Shown here piece after piece: positions 1 through 10,121 of a stretch of 64,000 nucleotides of DNA (positions are counted from its first letter, which is position 1; the number at the start of each line of letters is the position of its first letter). Made by a program: the position numbers and the translations under genes. The notes beneath the pieces were generated by a model that saw nothing but the letters and a program-made list of their open reading frames with translations, searched no databases and was not told where the DNA came from. Origin of the DNA: an uncultured Gemmatimonadales bacterium (GTDB taxonomy: Bacteria > Gemmatimonadota > Gemmatimonadetes > Longimicrobiales > RSA9); assembly GCA_963798085.1 (NCBI GenBank), contig CAWCRS010000007.1:992001-1056000 (forward strand), read 5' to 3'.

Positions 1-143
1 TCTTCCTTGCCGACTTTCCAGACATCGGCCGGCTTCTCGTTGAGCGGTCGGTCGCGCGGCGGCAGCTCGACACGCTGCTGCGCCTGCGCAGTCAGCGGTG
101 CGAGCAGTACCAGCGCGACGAGTGCTGCGCTGCCGAATTTCAT
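1..143 (-). CDS. Secreted hypothetical protein, N-terminal part only (runs off the window edge)
   Basis: ATG at 143-141 with a GGAGG RBS at 156-152; translates MKFGSAALVALVLLAPLTAQAQQRVELPPRDRPLNEKPADVWKVGKE..., a Sec signal peptide with an AQA cleavage site. Confidence 0.7.
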   Translation of the reverse strand, partial: MKFGSAALVALVLLAPLTAQAQQRVELPPRDRPLNEKPADVWKVGKE

Positions 144-526
144 TTGCGAAGCCTCCGTTCCGGGTTGCACGTCGACGCGCCTGCAGGCTCGCGCCGGGGA
201 TGGGGACGATGCTCTTGGATGCCGCCGCGGCGTGCGTCGTTGTCTGCTGCTGCGACGCTGTTATGGTGCAGCCTGTGCAACACTCTTGTGCTTCGCTATC
301 CAAGTGCATAGCTATAACGCACTTGCATGTCTCCGTAACGCTGCATTGCGGCGCGGCGCGAAAGGAGGGCACGCAGCGAGCGCTCTGAACCACGCGCTCG
401 GGGGGAGCAGGAGCCTACCGCAGGTCGAATTCACGCACGGGAGAAACGCGCGTCCCCACGGCGGGACCGAGCGCAGCGCTGATGCAGCGTACGGTGCTCG
501 CCCGCGACTCGAACAGGAGAGACACG

Positions 527-1027
527 ATGGCGGCGAAGAAGAGTGCGAGGAAGAAGGCTGCGAAAAAGGGCGGACGCAAGAAGGCGGCGAAGAAGGCCGT
601 GAAGAAGACACGCAGGAAGGTTGGGCGTCGGCCCGCGAAGAGGTCCGTGAAGCGAGCAGCAAAGAAGCGGGCAGCGAAGAAGGGTGGACGCCGGAAGGCT
701 GCGAAGAAGGCGGTTCGTCGCGTTTCGCGCAGGGCCGCCAAGCGCCCGGCAAAGAAGGCAGCAAGAAAAGGCGCGCGCAAGGCAGCAAAGCGTCCCGCGA
801 AGAAGGCGGCGAAGCGTCCGGCAAAGAAAGCCGCGAAGCGTCCCGCGAAGAAGGCCGCGAAGCGTCCCGCGAAGAAGGCGGCTGCGCCGAAGAAGGCTGC
901 GGCCCGGAAGAAGGCCCCCGCTCCCAAGCCAATGGCGTCGGCTGCGCCCAAGCCGGTTGCAGCGCCCGCGCCCCGGCCCGTGATGCCAGCACCCACTCCA
1001 CCTGCTCCGCCGCCGCCCATGATGTGA
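527..1027 (+). CDS. Histone H1-like Lys/Ala/Arg-rich nucleoid protein (Hc2/AlgP-like composition)
   Basis: AGGAGA RBS then MAAKKSARKKAAKK...; tandem PAKKAAKR repeats; Pro-rich tail; followed by a strong terminator. Confidence 0.8.
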   Translation: MAAKKSARKKAAKKGGRKKAAKKAVKKTRRKVGRRPAKRSVKRAAKKRAAKKGGRRKAAKKAVRRVSRRAAKRPAKKAARKGARKAAKRPAKKAAKRPAKKAAKRPAKKAAKRPAKKAAAPKKAAARKKAPAPKPMASAAPKPVAAPAPRPVMPAPTPPAPPPPMM

Positions 1028-1048
1028 TGCGCGGCAGGCAGATCTTTT

Positions 1049-1089
1049 CGAAGCGTCACGGGTGCAGACCCGTGACGCTTCGTGTTTTT
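1049..1089 (+). terminator. Rho-independent terminator
   Basis: Perfect 15-bp stem CGAAGCGTCACGGGT-GCAG-ACCCGTGACGCTTCG followed by TGTTTTT. Confidence 0.85.
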
Positions 1090-1145
1090 CGGCAGCCGTT
1101 GCGCGCGGTAGATTGAAGCACAGCAACAACGCAAGCGGAGGAGAG

Positions 1146-1988
1146 ATGGTCGAAAGCGCCAATGTGCCCATCGAGCCGCAGCACGGGCGGACCGTAGCGG
1201 AGCGGTTCGAGCGACGCGTCGAGATCAATGTTCCCGGTCGCAACAATCCGCGTCTGACGGCATTCATCGAGCGGGTCAACGCGGACGACGATCTGTACGC
1301 GCTGTGGCTCGCCGCGAACGTCAACGCCATCGAGCGGCTGGGCATGACGGATCACGGGCCCGTGCACGTGAAGATCGTCATGAACATCGCGGCCAAGCTG
1401 TACCGCCTGCTCGCGGATGGCGATGTGACGCCCGGCGTGGTCACGAACTGGGGCCTGGAGGTGACGGACGGCGAAGTCGTGGTGGCGGCGGCGGCGCTGC
1501 TGCACGATGTCGGCATGTCCATCCACCGGCCGGAGCACGAGGGCTTCTCGCTGTTCATCGCGCAGCACAAACTGGAGTCGCTGCTGGCCGGGATCTATGA
1601 TGCGCGCACGGCGACCGTGGTGCGCAGTGAGATCCTGCACGCCATAATCGCGCACCGCGCCGGCGGCCGGCCCCTGACCATGGAAGCCGGTGTGGTACGT
1701 GTGGCCGATGCGCTGGACATGGCGAAAGGACGCTCCCGCATTCCCTTCGCGGCCGGCTCATCCAGCATTCACTCGATATCCGCAGCTGCCATCGAAGCGG
1801 TGCACCTCGAACGCGGTGAGACCAAGCCGGTCAAGCTGCGCATCGAGATGTCGAATTCCGCGGGCGTGTTTCAGCTCGATCAGCTGTTCCGCGAGAAGCT
1901 CGCGGGCTCGGGCCTGGAGAGCCACGTCGAGCTGGAGGCGACGATCACGGGCGAGGAAAAACAGCTGGTCAGGGAATTCCGGATCTGA
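1146..1988 (+). CDS. HD-superfamily metal-dependent phosphohydrolase
   Basis: GGAGGAG RBS; DHGPVH, LLHDVG, IIAH and ADALD metal-binding motifs. Confidence 0.85.
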   Translation: MVESANVPIEPQHGRTVAERFERRVEINVPGRNNPRLTAFIERVNADDDLYALWLAANVNAIERLGMTDHGPVHVKIVMNIAAKLYRLLADGDVTPGVVTNWGLEVTDGEVVVAAAALLHDVGMSIHRPEHEGFSLFIAQHKLESLLAGIYDARTATVVRSEILHAIIAHRAGGRPLTMEAGVVRVADALDMAKGRSRIPFAAGSSSIHSISAAAIEAVHLERGETKPVKLRIEMSNSAGVFQLDQLFREKLAGSGLESHVELEATITGEEKQLVREFRI

Positions 1989-2003
1989 TTCCTGCTGTCT
2001 GCA

Positions 2004-2705
2004 ATGAGTGAACCCAGCTTCGAGCCGCTAACCGGATACCAGCGGATTCCGGAAGAAGAAATGCGACGACGCGCCGCCGCGTTCTACGCGGAAGTGCGGC
2101 GGCGTCGCACGATCCGTGAATTCGCGCCCGATCCCGTGCCGCGCGCTGTGATCGAGCAGTGTCTGCGCGCCGCGGGCACGGCGCCCAACGGCGCGAATCG
2201 ACAGCCGTGGCACTTCGTCGTGATCACGGACGCGCCGATCCGCCGGCGCATACGTGAGGCGGCGGAAACGGAGGAACGCGAGTTCTATGCGCACCGCGCG
2301 CCGCCCGAGTGGCTGGCGGCACTGGCGCCGCTCGGCACGGGTCCGGAAAAACCGTTTCTGGAAACCGCCCCCGTGCTCATCGCGGTATTCGCGCAGAGCT
2401 ACGAAGCCACGAAGGATGGGCGGAAACTGAAGAACTACTATGTCACCGAGTCCGTGGGCATCGCCACCGGCATCCTCATCCTCGGCCTGCACCACTGCGG
2501 TCTCGGCACGCTCACGCACACGCCCAGTCCGATGGGTTTCCTCAACCGCCTGCTGGGCAGGCCCGGCAACGAGCGACCGTTCCTGCTGCTCGTGGCCGGC
2601 TATCCCGCCGCGGACGCGACTGTTCCTGTGATCACGAAGAAGCCGCTGAACGAGATTGTGACCTTCGTGGGAGAGTTCCGCGCGGCCGCGGAACCGGATC
2701 AGTAA
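2004..2705 (+). CDS. Nitroreductase-family flavoprotein, iodotyrosine deiodinase-like
   Basis: RRTIREF and [18 protein letters not shown]-binding motifs; EEREFY...W...L.PLGT...KPFLE lid; [11 protein letters not shown]. Confidence 0.85.
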   Translation: MSEPSFEPLTGYQRIPEEEMRRRAAAFYAEVRRRRTIREFAPDPVPRAVIEQCLRAAGTAPNGANRQPWHFVVITDAPIRRRIREAAETEEREFYAHRAPPEWLAALAPLGTGPEKPFLETAPVLIAVFAQSYEATKDGRKLKNYYVTESVGIATGILILGLHHCGLGTLTHTPSPMGFLNRLLGRPGNERPFLLLVAGYPAADATVPVITKKPLNEIVTFVGEFRAAAEPDQ

Positions 2706-3631
2706 ACGCCGAGGTCGGCCGCGGAAACCAGCGCTCCCGTGTACCCGGCGGCGCGCATTTCCTGCACCAATCCATTGTCGTCCGTGCCCCAGTAGAGCTG
2801 ATGGTACAACACCAGCAGCTTCGGCTGCGCGTGCGCCGCGATGCCCGCGAGCTGTGTCGTCGATGTGTGAAAGCTCGCGTGATAGCGCTGCCACTGCGCG
2901 GGCCGCGTGGCGAAGCGCGTGGCCGAGTAGACTTCGTGCAGCAACACATCGCAGCCATGACAGGCGGCTGCTACGGAGTCGCTCGGACCGGTGTCGCCGG
3001 AAACCACGATCGTGCGGTCGGGCGCTTCGAAGCGATAGCCGAAGGCGTGCGCCCAGGACCCGTGACGCACGGCGAACGCGATTACGCGCACGGCGGAATC
3101 CGCATAGATCTGTCCGGGCGCGATCTCATGGACTTCGGCCTGATAACCGGTGCGATTGGCGTGTTCCAGACCTTCCGTGCGCATCTGGATGTCTTCGGCA
3201 TACGCCGCCGCCAGGTGGTCCATCATGTTTTTCGTGCCGGGCGGCCCGTACACGCGCAGCGGACGGTTGCGCTCGAGCACCCACGGCGAGAGCAGCAGGT
3301 CGGGCAGACCCACCGTGTGATCCGAGTGCAGATGCGTGATGAAGACGATGTCCAGGTTCTGCATGAACAGCGCGGATTCGCCATTCCGTGAGGCCGCAGC
3401 CGCACGCCGCACGATGCCCGGTCCCGCATCGACGAGGTAGGCGTGCCCGCCCGCGATGATGGCAACGGCGGGCCCGCTGCGCTCGGGATCAGCGTTGGGT
3501 GTGCCCGTGCCCAGCATGACGACGTGCGTGCCGGTCTGTTGCCGCGCCTGCGGTCGGGTGGCTGGCAGCGCGCGTTGCACGAGGAACGGCAGTGTAGAAA
3601 GGAGTGCGAAGCCGGCCGCGAGCCGACGCAT
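2699..3631 (-). CDS. Exported MBL-fold metallo-hydrolase (RNase Z/AtsA-like)
   Basis: Signal-like N-terminus [35 protein letters not shown] and LYHQ motifs. Confidence 0.85.
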   Translation of the reverse strand: MRRLAAGFALLSTLPFLVQRALPATRPQARQQTGTHVVMLGTGTPNADPERSGPAVAIIAGGHAYLVDAGPGIVRRAAAASRNGESALFMQNLDIVFITHLHSDHTVGLPDLLLSPWVLERNRPLRVYGPPGTKNMMDHLAAAYAEDIQMRTEGLEHANRTGYQAEVHEIAPGQIYADSAVRVIAFAVRHGSWAHAFGYRFEAPDRTIVVSGDTGPSDSVAAACHGCDVLLHEVYSATRFATRPAQWQRYHASFHTSTTQLAGIAAHAQPKLLVLYHQLYWGTDDNGLVQEMRAAGYTGALVSAADLGVY

Positions 3632-3771
3632 GCGTCCGATCCTGCTGGAGTGAAGGTTGTGCGCAACGTGGACACGCGCACGAGCAACGGCAAGCCACCG
3701 TGGCAGTTTGCCGCTGGCGCAGCGGCGCTCTATCTTGCCGCGACGATTCTTCCCCCACCGACGGTGGACCC

Positions 3772-4332
3772 ATGAGCGTCCCTCCCGACTCGACGGCGTC
3801 CCGTTCCGACCAGCCCGGTGCTGAAGGTCGGCGGCTGCACCCGGAGATCTTCCTGGCGCGACGACGCGCGAGACTGGAGAAGCTGCTGCAGCACCCACTG
3901 GTCGCGCCGCGCGATTCGGGCGCGCCGCCGGAAATGCGCAAATTCCTGCTCGAAGAAGCGGAAGAGCTGTACTGGAACGAGCTGGAATGGGAAAAGCTGA
4001 TGGAAGAAGAAATGTCCAAGGGCGGCAGCGAGCTGGTCGAGCTGGCGTTCCCCGGCTTTCTCGCTTTCGTGGATGGTCTGCTGCTGAAGGAAGCGAATCG
4101 CGATTCCAAGGTGCCGGCGCACCCTCGCCCGGAAGTCGTCGAGGATGTGCTGCTCTTTCTCGCGCGACGCTGTCTGGAACTGCTGCCCGACGGCTCCTCC
4201 GATGCGAAGCTCGAGCGCTGGATGACGGAGCGCCTCATCGATCTCGTGCTCTACCGCCTGCACGGCATCTCGACCGACGGACTGGACACGTTCGAGATGA
4301 CGCAGCGCGACGAAGAAGAGCAATGGAACTGA
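3772..4332 (+). CDS. Hypothetical acidic helical protein
   Basis: Typical codon usage; overlaps the start of the downstream gene; no motif recognised. Confidence 0.7.
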   Translation: MSVPPDSTASRSDQPGAEGRRLHPEIFLARRRARLEKLLQHPLVAPRDSGAPPEMRKFLLEEAEELYWNELEWEKLMEEEMSKGGSELVELAFPGFLAFVDGLLLKEANRDSKVPAHPRPEVVEDVLLFLARRCLELLPDGSSDAKLERWMTERLIDLVLYRLHGISTDGLDTFEMTQRDEEEQWN

Positions 4333-5219
4333 CCGCGGCGGCGCTGCTCGCCGGATTCGCTCCGCTGGGCGCCCCCCGTCGTACCACGCCGCCCCTGCTC
4401 GCGCGCGCACCTCTCCTCATCGCCCACCGCGGCGGCGCCGGCCTGGCGCCCGAAAACACGCTGCAAGCCTTCCGCAGCGCCGCCACCGACTGGGCCGCGG
4501 ACATGATCGAGCTGGATGTGCGCGCCACCGCAGACGGCCAGTGCGTCGTCATCCACGACGAAACCCTGGAACGCACCACCAATGGCCGCGGCCGCGTCGC
4601 GGACCTGCCCCTCGCCGCGCTGCGCGACCTCAATGCCGGCTACCACTTCACTCGCGATAACAAGACATTTCCCTTCCGCGGCTGCGGCGTAGGGGTTCCC
4701 ACCATCGAGGAAACGCTGGAAGCGCTGCCTGACATGGCGTTCACCATCGAGGTCAAGACGGGCGCGGCGCAGCGCCCGCTGTTCGCTGCCATCGAGCGCT
4801 TCGCCGCCGCCGATCGCGTGGTGGCCGCCGGCATGTACGACCGCGACCGCACCCTGTTCGCCACTTTCCCGGGCGCCATCAGCGCATCGGTCGAGCAGCT
4901 GACACGCTATTATCGAATGTTCCTGATGCGTCTGGGCCGGCTGTGGACCGTGGATGCGGACGTGGTGCAGATGCCGGAATTCAGCGGTCAGCGCCGTGTG
5001 CTCACCCAGCGTCTCGTGCGGCTGCTGCACCAGCAGGGCATCCCGGTGCACGTGTGGACGGTCAATGTCGAATCCGACATGCAGCGCCTGCTCGACTGGG
5101 GTGTCGATGGGCTGGTGACGGACCGGCCGGACACGCTCGCTCGCGTGCTGCACCGCCGCGTGGGCCGGCCCGTGCCGCCCGGCGTGGATGCCACCCGGGG
5201 CGGCGCTGCCGGCCGCTGA
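4323..5219 (+). CDS. Glycerophosphodiester phosphodiesterase
   Basis: IAHRGG...PENTL, IELDV, VIHD, IEVK, VWTVN and GLVTDRP motifs. Confidence 0.92.
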   Translation: MELTAAALLAGFAPLGAPRRTTPPLLARAPLLIAHRGGAGLAPENTLQAFRSAATDWAADMIELDVRATADGQCVVIHDETLERTTNGRGRVADLPLAALRDLNAGYHFTRDNKTFPFRGCGVGVPTIEETLEALPDMAFTIEVKTGAAQRPLFAAIERFAAADRVVAAGMYDRDRTLFATFPGAISASVEQLTRYYRMFLMRLGRLWTVDADVVQMPEFSGQRRVLTQRLVRLLHQQGIPVHVWTVNVESDMQRLLDWGVDGLVTDRPDTLARVLHRRVGRPVPPGVDATRGGAAGR

Positions 5220-5247
5220 ACCGCGGGACGCCCGCATCCGGCGGACG

Positions 5248-6609
5248 TTGAAACACGATCTCGCCTCCCGCTTTCTCCTCCATCTGCAGCAGAGCCGCCT
5301 GCTGCCCGAGCGATCGCACCTGCTGGTCGCGCTCTCGGGCGGTATCGACTCGGTGACGCTGCTGCACCTGCTGCGCTTTCATGCGGCGCATCTGCAGCTG
5401 CGACTGAGCGCAGCGCATTTCGATCATCGCATGCGCAACGGGAGCGAGGCAGACGCCGCGTGGGTGCGCGGCTTGTGCGCCGCCTGGGGCGTGCCGTTGC
5501 ACGAGGCCGCGGCGCAGCAGCCACTGCACAGCGAAGCGGAGGCGAGGGCCGCACGCTACGCGTTCCTCGAGCACGCGGCAGCGGAAGCGGGCGCGAGCCT
5601 CATTGTCACGGCGCATCAGGCCGACGATCAGGCGGAGACGGTGCTGTTCCGGCTGGTGCGCGGCAGCGGGCTCGCAGGCCTCGCGGGTATTCCCGCACGT
5701 CGCGGCATGATCGTCCGGCCGCTGCTGCCGTTCCGCCGCGCCGACATTGTGGCGTGGGCGCGCGCGGCCCGGCTGTCGCACCGCGAAGATGCCACGAATC
5801 GCGATGCGCGTTACGCGCGCAACATCATCCGCCACGCGGTGCTGCCGGCGCTGGAGCGGGCACGGCCGGGCGCCACGAGGGCGGTACTGCGCCTGGCACA
5901 GGAAGCAGCAGCGGCGGAAGCCGCGTGGAACGTGCTGTTGGACGAAGTGCTCGAGCATGTGGTCGTTGAGCGTTCCAGTGACGCGATTTCGCTTGCCAGA
6001 GACCGGCTGCTCGGGTATCATTGGCCGATTCGCGCACGGGTGCTGCGGCGCGTGCTGGGCCAGCTCGGCCAGACGCCTGGCCGCGCAGGAACGCTCGCGT
6101 TGCTGACGTTTACTAGAGACGGCGCGAGCGGCAGGGCTGTGGAGCTGGCTGGTGGTCTTCGGTTCGAGCGGCATTTCGAGCGGTTCGTGGCGAAGCGGGT
6201 CGCGCCGATCGAACGGGCAGAAACAAATGTGCCGCTCGTCATCCCGCAACCGACGCAGGGTCGGGGCGATGCCGTGATTGGCGGCCACCGTGTGCGGGTG
6301 CAGTGGTCCGATGACACCAGAACTGACCCCGACGCTGCGAGCTTCGATCCAACCGCCGTGCGGTTCCCTCTCGAGTTGCGAGCGTGGCAGCCCGGTGATC
6401 GGATCCGACTGGCCGGGGGCACCAGGAAACTGAAGAAGCTGTTTACGGAACGGCGCGTCGAGCGCACTCTGCGGCAGTGCATTCCTGTTCTCGTGCAGGC
6501 TGATGGCCGTGTTCTCTGGGTGAGTGGTGTAGCACGCGCGGCGGGCACGGAACCGCGAAGCGGAGGCCCGGTGTTCCAGATTCGGGTGACCATTGGAAAC
6601 GACGGCTGA
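5248..6609 (+). CDS. tilS: tRNA(Ile)-lysidine synthetase (start may be ATG 5188)
   Basis: SGGIDS PP-loop, ARAARY, TAHQADDQAETVL, RPLL, DATN...RN and C-terminal KLKKLF; upstream of hpt. Confidence 0.95.
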   Translation: MKHDLASRFLLHLQQSRLLPERSHLLVALSGGIDSVTLLHLLRFHAAHLQLRLSAAHFDHRMRNGSEADAAWVRGLCAAWGVPLHEAAAQQPLHSEAEARAARYAFLEHAAAEAGASLIVTAHQADDQAETVLFRLVRGSGLAGLAGIPARRGMIVRPLLPFRRADIVAWARAARLSHREDATNRDARYARNIIRHAVLPALERARPGATRAVLRLAQEAAAAEAAWNVLLDEVLEHVVVERSSDAISLARDRLLGYHWPIRARVLRRVLGQLGQTPGRAGTLALLTFTRDGASGRAVELAGGLRFERHFERFVAKRVAPIERAETNVPLVIPQPTQGRGDAVIGGHRVRVQWSDDTRTDPDAASFDPTAVRFPLELRAWQPGDRIRLAGGTRKLKKLFTERRVERTLRQCIPVLVQADGRVLWVSGVARAAGTEPRSGGPVFQIRVTIGNDG

Positions 6610-7147
6610 GATCGCGGCGCGGACAGGGGGTCTGCCGCTGCGTCGCATCATCTATACGGCCGAGCACATCGCCCGGCGGGTCGCAGAAATGGGCCGTGAG
6701 ATCTCGACGGCGTACCCGCTGGATGAGGATTTGCTGGTAATCGGTCTGCTGAAGGGGTCATTCATCTTTCTGGCAGACCTCGTGCGACAGATCGAGCGGC
6801 CGCTCTACGTGGATTTCCTGGTGGCCGCCAGCTACGGCGCCGGGACCGTGAGCAGCGGAACCGTTCGTCTGGTGTATGATCCCGAGGCGGCAATCGAAGA
6901 CAAGCATGTGCTCCTGGTGGAGGACATCATCGACAGCGGCAATACCTTGAATCGTCTGGTGCCGATTCTGCGTTCGAGAGGTCCGCGCAGTATCGAGCTG
7001 TGTGCGCTGCTGCACAAGCGACTGGCCCCACCGCTCGCCGTGGAGCCACGATGGGTCGGATTCGATGCGCCGGCCGAATTCCTGGTCGGGTACGGCCTGG
7101 ACCACAGTGAAAACTTCCGCAGCCTGCCGTTCATTGCGAGCATCTGA
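6593..7147 (+). CDS. hpt: Hypoxanthine phosphoribosyltransferase
   Basis: [31 protein letters not shown] motif, FLVGYGLD. Confidence 0.96.
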   Translation: METTAEIAARTGGLPLRRIIYTAEHIARRVAEMGREISTAYPLDEDLLVIGLLKGSFIFLADLVRQIERPLYVDFLVAASYGAGTVSSGTVRLVYDPEAAIEDKHVLLVEDIIDSGNTLNRLVPILRSRGPRSIELCALLHKRLAPPLAVEPRWVGFDAPAEFLVGYGLDHSENFRSLPFIASI

Positions 7148-7173
7148 GGGCGGCGCGGAGAGCGGATAGAGAG

Positions 7174-9246
7174 ATGCAGGACAGAGACAGCGGCCGGGGT
7201 AATCGCGACATGTCGCGCTTCGGGCGGTTCTCGAGAACGGCTTCGTTCTGGATTCTGATTTTCCTTGTTCCACTGCTGATCATCAACACGCTTACGAATC
7301 ATCGGCAGGACAAGGCAGAGCTGAGCTATTCCGCGTTCCGTGATCAGGTGCGGAACGACAACATCCAGGAAGTCACGATCTACGAGGGCGAGCGCGTGGA
7401 AGGCACGCTGCGCACGCCCATTCCGCGCGAGGGCAAGGCAGTGCGCGACTTCGTCACGCAGTTGCCCATGCCCAACGATCCGACGCTGGTTCCCGATCTG
7501 CTGGCGCGCAATGTTCTGGTCAAGGGCGCCAAGGAGCGGCAGAACTGGTGGATGCTCATTCTGAATTTCCTGCCGTGGCTGCTGATCGTGGGCTTCTGGC
7601 TGTTCATGCTGCGCCAGATGCAGATGGGCGGCTCGAAGGCATTCCAGTTCGGCAAGTCGAAGGCAAGGCTGCTGACGGGGGACACGCCCAAAGTGACTTT
7701 CGCCGATGTCGCGGGCGTCGATGAAGCCAAGGAAGAGCTGCAGGAGATCATCGAATTCCTGAAGGATCCGCAGAAGTTCAGTCGTCTGGGCGGCAGACTG
7801 CCCAAGGGTGTGCTGCTGGTGGGCCCGCCGGGGACAGGCAAAACCCTTCTGGCACGAGCCGTTGCCGGCGAAGCCGGGCGACCCTTCTTCTCCATGAGCG
7901 GTTCGGACTTCGTCGAGATGTTCGTGGGCGTAGGCGCCTCACGCGTGCGCGACCTCTTCGAACAGGGCAAGGCCCACGCTCCCTGCATCATCTTCATTGA
8001 CGAAATCGATGCGGTGGGTCGCCATCGCGGCGCCGGCCTGGGTGGCGGGCACGACGAGCGGGAGCAGACGCTGAACCAGCTGCTCGTCGAAATGGACGGC
8101 TTCGAATCCAACGAGGGCGTGATTCTGCTCGCGGCCACGAACCGGCCGGACGTGCTGGATCCGGCACTGCTTCGCCCGGGTCGTTTCGACCGGCAGGTTG
8201 TGGTGGATGCGCCTGATGTGAAGGGGCGCGAAGGCATCCTGCGCGTGCACCTGCGCAAGGTCCCGATCTCCGATGACGTCGACGTGCGCGTGCTCGCGAA
8301 GGCCACGCCCGGCATGAGCGGCGCCGACCTGGCCAACCTCGTCAACGAGGGCGCGCTGCTGGCCGCGCGTCGGGGTCACGACCAGGTCAACATGCCCGAC
8401 CTCGAAGATGCCAAGGACAAGGTCATGCTGGGCGCGGAGCGGCGTAGCATGGTGCTGTCGGATGCGGAGCGGAAGCTCACCGCGTACCACGAAGCCGGAC
8501 ACGCTGTCGTCGCGCTGCGCATGCCGGGCCTGGATCCGGTCCACAAGATCACGATCGTGCCGCGCGGGCGCGCGCTGGGCGTGACGTCTTCGCTGCCGGA
8601 AGAGGACCGCCATTCCTACACGCGCGAGTATCTCATTGCCAGCCTGGCCATGTTGTACGGCGGGCGGGCTGCGGAAGAGCTGGTGTTCGGTCCCGAGAAG
8701 ATCACGACCGGTGCCGCCAACGACATTGAGCGCGCGACGTCCATTGCCCGGCGCATGGTCACGCAATTTGGAATGAGCCACTCGATCGGGCCAATGGCGG
8801 TTGGCGATGCGGAGCAGGAAGTCTTCATTGGCCGTGAGCTGGTTCAGCGTCGATCGATCTCGGAGAACGTCGCGGAGCGTGTGGACGTGGAGGTCGGCCG
8901 CCTGCTGGAGGAAGCATACGAGGCGGCCACGAGGACGCTCAACGCCAGTCGGGAACTGCTCGAGCAGCTGGCGGAAGCGCTGCTCGAACGGGAGACGCTG
9001 GATCGCGAGGAAGTCGAAATGCTGGCCGCCGGCGAGCCTCTGCCGGAAGCCAAGGTGATACGGCGGGCGCGCGAATTCGCGGACAGCCTGCGTCGCGAGA
9101 TTGCCGGTCCGCCGGGCGGTGCGGCCGGCACCGTGGGCGGCGGCGAGCGCACCAAGGATGGGCGCCTCGCAATCCCCGGTGAAGGACGCAAGACGGACGT
9201 CGAGGTCCCGGTCTCGGCGGAGCGCAAAGCGGAATCCTCGTCCTGA
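7174..9246 (+). CDS. ftsH: ATP-dependent zinc metalloprotease FtsH
   Basis: Two TM segments, GPPGTGKT Walker A, IFIDEID Walker B, SRH region, HEAGH zinc motif. Confidence 0.98.
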   Translation: MQDRDSGRGNRDMSRFGRFSRTASFWILIFLVPLLIINTLTNHRQDKAELSYSAFRDQVRNDNIQEVTIYEGERVEGTLRTPIPREGKAVRDFVTQLPMPNDPTLVPDLLARNVLVKGAKERQNWWMLILNFLPWLLIVGFWLFMLRQMQMGGSKAFQFGKSKARLLTGDTPKVTFADVAGVDEAKEELQEIIEFLKDPQKFSRLGGRLPKGVLLVGPPGTGKTLLARAVAGEAGRPFFSMSGSDFVEMFVGVGASRVRDLFEQGKAHAPCIIFIDEIDAVGRHRGAGLGGGHDEREQTLNQLLVEMDGFESNEGVILLAATNRPDVLDPALLRPGRFDRQVVVDAPDVKGREGILRVHLRKVPISDDVDVRVLAKATPGMSGADLANLVNEGALLAARRGHDQVNMPDLEDAKDKVMLGAERRSMVLSDAERKLTAYHEAGHAVVALRMPGLDPVHKITIVPRGRALGVTSSLPEEDRHSYTREYLIASLAMLYGGRAAEELVFGPEKITTGAANDIERATSIARRMVTQFGMSHSIGPMAVGDAEQEVFIGRELVQRRSISENVAERVDVEVGRLLEEAYEAATRTLNASRELLEQLAEALLERETLDREEVEMLAAGEPLPEAKVIRRAREFADSLRREIAGPPGGAAGTVGGGERTKDGRLAIPGEGRKTDVEVPVSAERKAESSS

Positions 9247-10121
9247 TGATCGCGGCCGGACCGGTCTGGCGGACCGCACGCGGTCCCGTCGTGATCGACC
9301 GGCCGCTCCTGCTGGGCATCGTCAACATCACGCCGGATTCATTCTGGGAAGGCGGCCGCCACGCAGGCTCAGGCGACGCCATCGCCTGGGCCGAGCACCT
9401 TCTCGAGGAAGGCGCCGATCTCCTCGATTTCGGCGGCGAGTCGACCAGACCAGGGGCTATGCCGGTCGACGCGGAGGAAGAGGTCCGACGAGTCGTTCCC
9501 GTCATAGGCGAAGCGGCACGCCGCTGGCCGACGGTCCCCCTCTCCATCGATACCGTGAAAGCGCCTGTGGCTCGCGCCGCCGTGGAGTCCGGGGCCTGGA
9601 TCGTAAACGACGTCTCTGCTCTGCGCCTCGACCCGGACATGGCCGACACGGTCGCGGGCCTCGGCGCCGGCCTGATCCTGATGCACTCGCGTGGAAGCGT
9701 GGATCGGATGGCCCGCTACGAGCTGGCCGAGTACGGCACCGACCCGGTGGGCGATGTGCTGAGTGAGCTGCAGCAATCGCTCACACGCGCGCGCGAGGCA
9801 GGAGTGCCCGAAGATGCAATGGTCCTGGACCCGGGTCTCGGCTTCGCCAAGCGCACCGAGCACAGTGTCGCCGTGATCGCGCAGCTGCACCGGCTGGTGG
9901 CACTGGGGCGACCCGTCCTGGTGGGCGCATCACGCAAGCGTTTCGTAGGAGAGCTGGCTGGTGAAGCGGGCGCGCTGCTCGGCCCGGCCGAGCGGCTCGA
10001 GGGGTCACTCGCTGCGTGCGTCGCCGCGTTGCTGCACGGCGCGCGGCTGTTCCGCGTTCACGATGTGCGCGCCACACGGCGCGCGCTGGCCGTCGCCGAA
10101 GCCGTGAGGAAGGCGTCGTGA
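9246..10121 (+). CDS. folP: Dihydropteroate synthase
   Basis: GIVNITPDSF, GGESTRPG, SIDT, DPGLGFAK, SRKRF and RVHDV motifs. Confidence 0.96.
   Translation: MIAAGPVWRTARGPVVIDRPLLLGIVNITPDSFWEGGRHAGSGDAIAWAEHLLEEGADLLDFGGESTRPGAMPVDAEEEVRRVVPVIGEAARRWPTVPLSIDTVKAPVARAAVESGAWIVNDVSALRLDPDMADTVAGLGAGLILMHSRGSVDRMARYELAEYGTDPVGDVLSELQQSLTRAREAGVPEDAMVLDPGLGFAKRTEHSVAVIAQLHRLVALGRPVLVGASRKRFVGELAGEAGALLGPAERLEGSLAACVAALLHGARLFRVHDVRATRRALAVAEAVRKAS

Noticed and set aside
740..900. Tandem 24-bp repeats as a CRISPR array
   Set aside because: No unique spacers or cas genes; the repeats are in-frame codons of the histone-like protein
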